Shown piece after piece: positions 57,724 through 64,000 of a DNA stretch of 64,000 nt. Position 1 is the stretch's first letter. Every line of letters begins with the position of its first letter. Under the pieces are notes generated by a model. That model made no database searches, was not told where the DNA came from, and saw only the letters and a list, made by a program, of their open reading frames with translations. The translations under genes and the position numbers were made by a program. Source of the stretch: Deltaproteobacteria bacterium. Its GTDB lineage: Bacteria; Myxococcota; Kuafuiibacteriia; Kuafuiibacteriales; Kuafuiibacteriaceae. The stretch lies in assembly GCA_040218735.1 (NCBI GenBank), contig JAVJQW010000063.1:1-64000 (forward strand), read 5' to 3'.

Positions 57724-59343
57724 CTACAGACCGATCTGGATGAGCCCGGCGGTGATGTCGCCGAACCCGAAGTCCGTCGACACCCGCAGCGTGCTCCCGC
57801 CGCCGAGGTCGAACACGATCGACGGGACGCCCATGTGCTGCAGCGCCGAGAGGTCACCGAGCGGCCGCTCGCGGATGGACTGCTCGAACGCCGCGAGGTC
57901 GCCGCCCGGGACCGTCCGGGCGTCGTAGATGCGGTCGTACCCCTCCCGGGTCGCCTCGCCGTTGGGCTCTCGGTAGCGCGTGTTGGTGCGCTGGGTCGCG
58001 AGCTCCTCCACGCCCAACGTCGCGTCGTCGTTGGCGTAGGCGGCGACCACCTCGGCGTTCGAGGTGATGTCCATCTTCCCGTCGAACACGAAGTGTGTGG
58101 CCTCGTGGAAGATCGCCGAACCGAAGGAGATCGGACCGAACGATCCGTCCTCTCGCAACGCGCGGAGGTTCGCGACTTCGTCGGTGTTCACGGACAACAC
58201 CATCTGCTGGTTTGCGTTCCACGCGGCGCCCGTGACGCCGCCCTCCGCGGTGACGTCGACGACCGAGATCGGCCCGTACTCCGCGGAGAGGTTCTGCAGG
58301 ACGTTCCAGCCGTCGGGGTCGAGCCGCGGGAAGTCGTTCATCACCTGTCGGATCGCCGCCGCGTTCTCCTCCGAGAAGGCCTGCGGTCCCGCTTCCGGGA
58401 GTGCGTAGACCTGACTCGGATCCGCCGCGAGGTTGTCCGGCAGCGACACGTCGAGCGGCGCACGCACGGCGGGCAGCAGGCTCGGCGCGACTTGGCTGGG
58501 ATCGAGCGCGTAGTCGACGAGCGCCGCGCGCTGCGTCGGATCGTCCACGCCGTAGTACGCGCTCAGCGCGCGCAGCGGTTGGTCGCCGAACATCGGGAAC
58601 TTCTCGGAGAGGTTGCCCGCGCCGTCCCCGGGATCCCACGGGCGGTTCAGGAACGCGAGGTACCCGGGCAACGATCCGTAGACCGACTCGAGCCCGGCGC
58701 CTTCGTAGGTGTCGATCGCCCGGTCGAGCCACGCCTTGTTGCCGCTCGCTTCGAACGCGTCGACGGCGTCCGACGTGTACGGGGGCGCGGGGGGCCGGTC
58801 GCCGAGGCCCTGGAGGACCTCGGTCTCGATCCCGTCGAGCTGCGACCTCAACGCGGGGTCGTTCGCCCAGGGACCGCCGGGGCCGGTCGCCGCGTAGCCG
58901 GACTCGAGGAGCTGGCCCCAGGCGCGTGCGGCGTCTGGATCCTGCGCGGGATCGAGGGAACCGTCTTCGCGACGTAGCCCGAGCTGGGCGACGGCGTCCT
59001 GTCCGCTCGCGTCGAGCTGCGCGAGGCGGTCCGGGTTCGCGTGAAGGAAGTCCAACGACGCGCCGAGGCGCGCCGCACGGTCCGGTGGCTCGACCGACGC
59101 GAGCTGCGCGTCCAGCCGTTGCCGCATCTGCATCGTCTTCGGATCGTTCGCGGTCACCAGACGCGCGTCGTTCGCGGTCTGCAAGGTAGGTTGCGCGACG
59201 GGGTCGGGAGCGGCCGGGCCGCCCGTCTGGGTCGTCGGGGAAAGAGGTGGTTTGGTTTCTTCGGCATCCGAGTCGTAGTCGAACTGCTTGGGGGGCGACT
59301 GCAGTCGGATGTTGTTCTCGGCGCCGCTCTTGATGAGCGCCAT
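57724..59343 (-). CDS. Hypothetical protein with C-terminal HExxH zinc-metallopeptidase (M91/NleD-like) domain
   Basis: ATG 59343; AIFHEATH followed by EELATQRTNTRYREPNGEATREGY. Confidence 0.6.
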   Translation of the reverse strand: MALIKSGAENNIRLQSPPKQFDYDSDAEETKPPLSPTTQTGGPAAPDPVAQPTLQTANDARLVTANDPKTMQMRQRLDAQLASVEPPDRAARLGASLDFLHANPDRLAQLDASGQDAVAQLGLRREDGSLDPAQDPDAARAWGQLLESGYAATGPGGPWANDPALRSQLDGIETEVLQGLGDRPPAPPYTSDAVDAFEASGNKAWLDRAIDTYEGAGLESVYGSLPGYLAFLNRPWDPGDGAGNLSEKFPMFGDQPLRALSAYYGVDDPTQRAALVDYALDPSQVAPSLLPAVRAPLDVSLPDNLAADPSQVYALPEAGPQAFSEENAAAIRQVMNDFPRLDPDGWNVLQNLSAEYGPISVVDVTAEGGVTGAAWNANQQMVLSVNTDEVANLRALREDGSFGPISFGSAIFHEATHFVFDGKMDITSNAEVVAAYANDDATLGVEELATQRTNTRYREPNGEATREGYDRIYDARTVPGGDLAAFEQSIRERPLGDLSALQHMGVPSIVFDLGGGSTLRVSTDFGFGDITAGLIQIGL

Positions 59344-59359
59344 GTGCTGCGCCGGCCAC

Positions 59360-59374
59360 GCAAGGCGCGGACCA
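59360..59374 (-). promoter_or_regulatory. Sigma54 (-24/-12) promoter candidate
   Basis: Minus strand TGGTCCGCGCCTTGC = GG-N10-GC with TTGC, 16 nt before ATG. Confidence 0.5.
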
Positions 59375-59469
59375 CCCTCACCGAACGGCGGGAATTCGCC
59401 GGCCCTGTCGAGTCCGCTCGACGATGTGTCCTGTCGGGTCGACGCTCGCACCCGACACGATCCTCGGAT

Positions 59470-59501
59470 CCGCGGATCGGGCAGATCATCCCGCGGATCG
59501 G
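59470..59501 (+). promoter_or_regulatory. AraC-type tandem operator half-sites
   Basis: CCGCGGATCGG at 59470-59480 and 59491-59501 (21-bp period) upstream of the oxidoreductase-AraC operon. Confidence 0.55.
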
Positions 59502-59541
59502 CCATGGTTCGATCCGCGCCCCGCCGACTACCGTAGACCGC

Positions 59542-60423
59542 ATGAACAAGCACGATGTCGTCATCATCGGAGGCGGCCCCGCCGGCCTGACCGCTGCGCT
59601 CTACCTCGGCCGCGCGCGCCGTTCGGTGCTGGTGCTCGATCGCGGGGAGCCCCGCCACGCGGTCACGGCCGGCGTGCACAACTTCCTCACGCGCGACGGG
59701 TTGCCGCCCGCGGAGCTGCGCTCGATCGCGTGGTCGCAGATGGCCACGTACTCCACCGTGGAGCGCAAGGATGCGACGGTGCGCCGCCTGGTTCGCGAAG
59801 GTGAGACGTGGCGCGCCGAGACCGACGCCGGCGACTTCACCGCGCGTGCGATCCTCCTCGCGACCGGCGTCGTCGACGAACACCCCGACATCCCCGGGTA
59901 CCGCGAGCGTTGGGGGCACGCGATCCACCACTGCCCGTTCTGTCACGGCTGGGAGTCGCGCGACCGACCGCTCGCGGCGCTCGTCGCCGGGGAGTTTGCC
60001 GCGCACTACGGGCCGCTGCTGAAGAACTGGTCCGACGACGTCGTCGTCCTCACGAACGGCGGCGCGCTCCCCGACGAAGCGCGCGGCGCGCTCGATGCGG
60101 CGCGTGTGCCGATCTACGAGGCGAAGGTCGAGGCCCTCGAAGGACCCGGTCGTGAGCTCGCGCGGATCCGCCTCGCGGACGGGACGGTCCTCGAACGCCA
60201 AGGCCTGTTCGTGAAGCCCGACCAGCACCAGACCGCGCTCGTTCAGTCGCTCGGCGTCGACCTCGACGACGCGGGGTACGTCGCGGTCGACATGTTCGGC
60301 GCGACCTCGGTCCCGGGTGTGTGGGCCGCGGGAGATCTCACGACCGGAATGCAGCAGGTCGTGGAAGCCGCCGCGCAAGGCGCGCGCGCAGGGGCTATGC
60401 TGGTGAAGACCTTGTCCGCGTGA
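59542..60423 (+). CDS. Thioredoxin reductase-like NAD(P)/FAD oxidoreductase
   Basis: IIGGGPAGLTAA, LLATG, HCPFCHGWE, GVWAAGD. Confidence 0.93.
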   Translation: MNKHDVVIIGGGPAGLTAALYLGRARRSVLVLDRGEPRHAVTAGVHNFLTRDGLPPAELRSIAWSQMATYSTVERKDATVRRLVREGETWRAETDAGDFTARAILLATGVVDEHPDIPGYRERWGHAIHHCPFCHGWESRDRPLAALVAGEFAAHYGPLLKNWSDDVVVLTNGGALPDEARGALDAARVPIYEAKVEALEGPGRELARIRLADGTVLERQGLFVKPDQHQTALVQSLGVDLDDAGYVAVDMFGATSVPGVWAAGDLTTGMQQVVEAAAQGARAGAMLVKTLSA

Positions 60424-61247
60424 ACGTCCGCGTCACATCGCACCTCGCCGAGCCGCACGGCCTTCGCGTCCACCGCATGGAGGACGGTCGCATCGACGCC
60501 GCGAGCCCACCGACCGTCCACCCACACGCGAGCCTCGCGTTCTACGAGCGCGGCCGCGCCGAGCTGTGGTGCGGGGCGACGTACACCGTCGGCCCCGGCG
60601 ACATCGTGCTCGTACCGGAGGGGGTCCCGCACTACGCGGTGTCGGCGGAGGCGGTCTCGGGCGTCGGGCTGTCGGCGTGTACGTCTTGCCTCAACGGCAC
60701 CCCGGTTCGTCACCTCGCGGACGCCTTTCACGCCGTCGCGCAGGGTGCCCCCGCGGTGCGCGCCGTTCGAGAATCGGATCGCGAGCGCCTCCGCGACGCG
60801 TTCGCGGGCCTCGAGGCCGAGCTCTCCGCGAACGCGCCGTGGCAGTCGCTGGCGGTCGACGGATACCTCGCCGTGCTCACCGCGATCGTGCTCCGCGCCG
60901 ACGCGACACTCGACGTCCCCGCCGGCGCCACCGTGAGCGCCCGCGCGCTCGCGTACATCATGCGGCACGCGACCGACGGCATCTCCCTCGCCGACGTCGC
61001 CGAGCACGTGCACCGATCCGCCGCGCACACCGGCGCGGTGGTGAAGGCCGAGACGGGTCGTACGGTCGTCGAGTGGATCACCCACGCGCGGCTCGCGGCC
61101 GGGCGTCAACTTCTCTTGCGGAGCGATGCTTCGGTGGAGGGCGTCGGTGCGCGTATCGGGTTCGAGAGCGCGTCGCACTTCCACCGGGTCTTCAAGCGGC
61201 ACCACGGCGTCACCCCCGCCGAGTGGCGCCGCGTGCATCAGCGGTAG
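60420..61247 (+). CDS. AraC family transcriptional regulator (cupin plus double HTH)
   Basis: PGDIVLVPEGVPH cupin; ISLADVAEHV; IGFESASHFHRVFKRHHGVTPAEWR; GTGA overlap. Confidence 0.93.
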   Translation: MNVRVTSHLAEPHGLRVHRMEDGRIDAASPPTVHPHASLAFYERGRAELWCGATYTVGPGDIVLVPEGVPHYAVSAEAVSGVGLSACTSCLNGTPVRHLADAFHAVAQGAPAVRAVRESDRERLRDAFAGLEAELSANAPWQSLAVDGYLAVLTAIVLRADATLDVPAGATVSARALAYIMRHATDGISLADVAEHVHRSAAHTGAVVKAETGRTVVEWITHARLAAGRQLLLRSDASVEGVGARIGFESASHFHRVFKRHHGVTPAEWRRVHQR

Positions 61248-61915
61248 CGGTCGTCGTCCCAGGGCAACGCGGTCATGCTGTAGCCGCGTACCTCCCAGAA
61301 CCCGGGTTGGTCGCCGACCAGCAGCTCGATGCGGTTCACCCACTTCGCGCCCTTCCACGCGTAGAGCTTCGGCGTCACCACACGCACCGGGCCGCCGTGC
61401 GGTCGCGGCAGAGGTTGGCCGTCGACGGTGTGGGCGAGGAGGACGTCGTCGTCGATCAGCGCGTCGAGCGAGACGTTCGTGGTGTAGCCGTCGTACGCGT
61501 GGAGCATCACGTGCGAGGCGTCGTCGTGCGGGCGCGCCAGCGCGAGGGCGTCGCGCACGCGCACGCCGCGGAACGCGAGGTCCATCTTGCTCCACGTGGT
61601 GACGCAGTGGAAATCACTCGGCTCGTCGACCTGCGGGAGCGCCATGAACGCGGACCAGTCGAGTGTGACCCGCTCCTCGACCGCGCCGTCGATCGTGAGC
61701 TGCCAGTCCTTGGGATCCACGATCGGGTGGCGCCCCAGATCCAACACCGGCCACTTGTCGACGGCGTGCTGTCCGGTGGGGAGCTTCGGCATCCCGTGGC
61801 GGTTCTCGGGCCCCGAGCCCCGCGCCCGATCCGTAGGGGTGGTCGGTGCGCGTCCCGCCAGATGCCGCTCGCGCAGCTTCATCCGCGCGGCGACGATCCG
61901 GTCCTCGTCGCTCAT
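61238..61915 (-). CDS. Sulfite-oxidase-like molybdopterin-dependent oxidoreductase
   Basis: LPTGQ..WPVL, DFHCVTTWS, HGGPVR, LYAWKGAKW, GFWE.RGY. Confidence 0.93.
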   Translation of the reverse strand: MSDEDRIVAARMKLRERHLAGRAPTTPTDRARGSGPENRHGMPKLPTGQHAVDKWPVLDLGRHPIVDPKDWQLTIDGAVEERVTLDWSAFMALPQVDEPSDFHCVTTWSKMDLAFRGVRVRDALALARPHDDASHVMLHAYDGYTTNVSLDALIDDDVLLAHTVDGQPLPRPHGGPVRVVTPKLYAWKGAKWVNRIELLVGDQPGFWEVRGYSMTALPWDDDRYR

Positions 61916-62376
61916 GGTTTGGGGGTGACGGCGAGGAAGACGGCGTCGGCGTTCTTGCCCTTCACGGCGACGAGGAAGGTGCCGCCTTTTCTGTGCTCGG
62001 TCTCGGCGCTGAAGGGGATCGACGGTAACGCGATCTTCAACCGCGTCACCTCCTTCTTCTTCTCGAGCACCGTGACCTTGAGCATCTGGCGCTTCTTCTT
62101 CTCGTTGGGTTTGGAGCGGAACTCCACCGACACCGAGGCTTCGTTCTCGACGCTCGCGGTGATGCGATCCGACACGCGGATCGCGGTGAAGCCGAAGCTC
62201 TCGAGCTCCTTGACGACCTTCGCCGAGACGCCCTTGGGCGCCGGCGACTTGCCGGTCTTGCTCGCCTCGATGACGACGACCTCGAGCTCGACTTTACCGG
62301 CGGCGTGGGCGTTCGATTCCGCGGCCACCGTGGTGAGTGCGACGAGCGCGACCGGCGCGAGTGTTCCGAGGTGCAT
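61912..62376 (-). CDS. Hypothetical exported beta-rich protein in the ECF operon
   Basis: Signal peptide ending AHA; GGAAAGG RBS; ATGA overlap with the downstream gene. Confidence 0.7.
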   Translation of the reverse strand: MHLGTLAPVALVALTTVAAESNAHAAGKVELEVVVIEASKTGKSPAPKGVSAKVVKELESFGFTAIRVSDRITASVENEASVSVEFRSKPNEKKKRQMLKVTVLEKKKEVTRLKIALPSIPFSAETEHRKGGTFLVAVKGKNADAVFLAVTPKP

Positions 62377-62442
62377 GGCCTTTCCTTACCTCGAAACCAC
62401 CCGTGCGTCGCGCCGGGTTCCTCCTCAGGGGACCCCGGTGCG

Positions 62443-62997
62443 TCAGCTACTGGCGTCGTCCGACAGCCAGACCACGGTCACGCCGTCGTTCGGCATCACC
62501 GTCACGGTGCCTTCGAAGCTCAGTGATTTGACGCTGACCTCGCCCGTAATGTTCTCCGCAATCTGCGTCCCGGGCTCGGTCGGCATTCCCGTGATCGTCA
62601 CGATCGCCAACGCCGCGGCCATCGCCCCGGCCCAGCCGACGCTCCAGCCCACGCGCTCGCCGAACGCGCGGTCGAAGAAGCCGCGGACGCGGTCCATCAC
62701 GGTCGGCTCGCGGGCGGCGTTCCAGATGCGCTGCTCGACGCCTTCCTTGAAGCCCTCCTCGAAGCGCGGCGCGAGGTCCGCCAGCTCGCCGGCGACCTCC
62801 TGGCGGAACAGGTCGATCGCCTGGTCCTCCATCGGCATCCGCGCGACGCCGAGGTCCTCTTCGTCGATCCGCGCGAACACCGCGGATGTGAAGGCGTTCC
62901 ACTCCCCTTCGCGCTGCGCGATCTCCTGCGCGGCGTCCTCCGTGAGGAGCTCTTCGACGGAGGCTTCGATGTACTTGTCGTCCTGACGCTTCGTCAC
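62443..62997 (-). CDS. Putative transmembrane anti-sigma factor
   Basis: Directly downstream of the ECF sigma, GAGGAGG RBS, acidic N-region, one TM, short C-terminal TVVWLSD. Confidence 0.7.
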   Translation of the reverse strand: MTKRQDDKYIEASVEELLTEDAAQEIAQREGEWNAFTSAVFARIDEEDLGVARMPMEDQAIDLFRQEVAGELADLAPRFEEGFKEGVEQRIWNAAREPTVMDRVRGFFDRAFGERVGWSVGWAGAMAAALAIVTITGMPTEPGTQIAENITGEVSVKSLSFEGTVTVMPNDGVTVVWLSDDASS

Positions 62998-63007
62998 TTC
63001 GTCCTCC

Positions 63008-63670
63008 TCACGCCGTCCTGAGCGCGAGCTTCAAGCTCTGCGGCACGTCTTCGCCCTTCTTCACGTAGGGGGCGAGGAGGGTTTGCAGGTTCTGTCGGGC
63101 GTGAAAGAGGCGGCTCATCACCGTCCCCTTCGAGATGCCGAGCACCTCCGCCATCTCTTCGTACGACAAGCCCTGGATCTCGCGGAGCACGATGATCGCG
63201 CGGTGTTTGTCGGAGAGCTTGCGCATCGCGGTCTGCAGCACCGTCGACAGCTCGCGCCGCGCCGCCATCTCGTCCGGGTGCTCGAGCGGCCGACGACCGG
63301 CCTTCGCGAGCGCCTCCTCGAGCTTGCGGTTCTCGTCGATGTCCACCGTCTCGCGGCGGGCCCGATCGCGGAGCGCGTCGATGCTGAGGTTGTAGGCGAT
63401 GCGGTAGAGCCACGTGTAGAAGGCGGAGTTGCCCTCGAAGCGGCCCAGGTTGCGGTAGGCCTTCACGAAGGCCTCCTGCGCGACGTCCCACGCGTCTTCG
63501 CGCTGACGTACGATGCCGTAGGAGAGGGCGTAGACTCGCTGCTGATAGCGCTCGACCAGTCGGCCGAAGGCCTGGCGGTCGCCCTTCTTGGCTTGGGCTA
63601 CGAGCTCGCGATCGATCGCGTTCTCGCGGGCCCGGGTCTCTTTGCTCTGTCGTGAATCTCGGTTGCTCAT
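63008..63670 (-). CDS. ECF RNA polymerase sigma-70 factor (RpoE-like)
   Basis: DRQAFGRLVERYQ, DVAQEAFVKAY, FYTWLYRIAYN, GLSYEEMAEVLGISKGTVMSRLFHAR. Confidence 0.96.
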   Translation of the reverse strand: MSNRDSRQSKETRARENAIDRELVAQAKKGDRQAFGRLVERYQQRVYALSYGIVRQREDAWDVAQEAFVKAYRNLGRFEGNSAFYTWLYRIAYNLSIDALRDRARRETVDIDENRKLEEALAKAGRRPLEHPDEMAARRELSTVLQTAMRKLSDKHRAIIVLREIQGLSYEEMAEVLGISKGTVMSRLFHARQNLQTLLAPYVKKGEDVPQSLKLALRTA

Positions 63671-63887
63671 GAAGGTTTCGTCCTGCTCGTTGATAGGGAC
63701 GATCGAATCGGCAAAAAGATTTGATTCAGCCTTCATTTCGGGGGGTTGCGTGATCGCGCTCTCACCTACGTTGTACCCCGGGGACCGCGGATGCAAGCCC
63801 GCGGTGCCCCCGATCCTCTCGGAAGACCCAAAAGCGCTCATGCGTTGATGCGATTCAGGCCGAAGGCGGGAACACAGGCGCTCACGA

Positions 63888-64000
63888 ATGGTATCTTTCG
63901 ACGACGTGCCCCACGACGGGTCCAGCTCGGGCGCTCGCGCCCTGTTCGACCGGCTCGACCGGGTGCGAGCGGCCCTCCGCCGGGCCGCCCTCGTGGAAGC
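63888..64000 (+). CDS. Possible N-terminus of a divergent CDS running off the window
   Basis: ATG 63888 opens MVSFDDVPHDG...LFDRLDRVRAALRRAALVE with no stop before the edge. Confidence 0.35.
   Translation, partial: MVSFDDVPHDGSSSGARALFDRLDRVRAALRRAALVE

Noticed and set aside
59344-60378. N-terminal 345 aa of ORF 57724..60378
   Set aside because: Overlaps the thioredoxin-reductase-like gene antisense; the real start is probably ATG 59343
1-64000. tRNA, rRNA, prophage or integrase genes
   Set aside because: Intergenic gaps are short, and no cloverleaf, rRNA signature, structural phage gene or recombinase motif was seen by eye; a tRNAscan/Rfam run would be definitive

Overview
High-GC bacterial chromosome segment, most likely a Myxococcota/deltaproteobacterial genome. 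That assignment rests on AglZ/FrzS-like and FrgA-like proteins, Cys-rich lipoproteins, a Ser/Thr kinase and an RpoE-type ECF operon. The window opens in the right end of an IS21-family element (istB tail plus terminal repeats) and carries about 52 probable CDSs. No rRNA, tRNA or CRISPR array was seen. Housekeeping content includes acs, a TPAT-type TRAP transporter whose dctP is 10 kb from tatT-dctQM, a glycine-methylation betaine operon (GSMT-SDMT-BCCT), yciH, a GT2 glycosyltransferase and LysR/AraC redox modules. Strongest leads: (1) a translationally coupled MoxR AAA+/bpX5/vWA-like/bpX6 operon, a predicted conflict system (48747-54686); (2) a 1193-aa SNF2-like helicase coupled to an 87-aa acidic partner (14703-18544); (3) a recurring sigma28-like motif 8-11 nt before the start codon of five unrelated genes, including a back-to-back pair driving a sensor kinase and a lipoprotein-porin-PBP operon; (4) an orphan DUF1156 DNA methyltransferase directly behind the betaine operon; (5) an HExxH M91/NleD-like putative effector with a sigma54 promoter; (6) Lys/Ala- or RG-rich tails grafted onto unrelated domains. 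All family calls come from motif recognition by eye, not database searches. Several start codons were reassigned relative to the ORF track.
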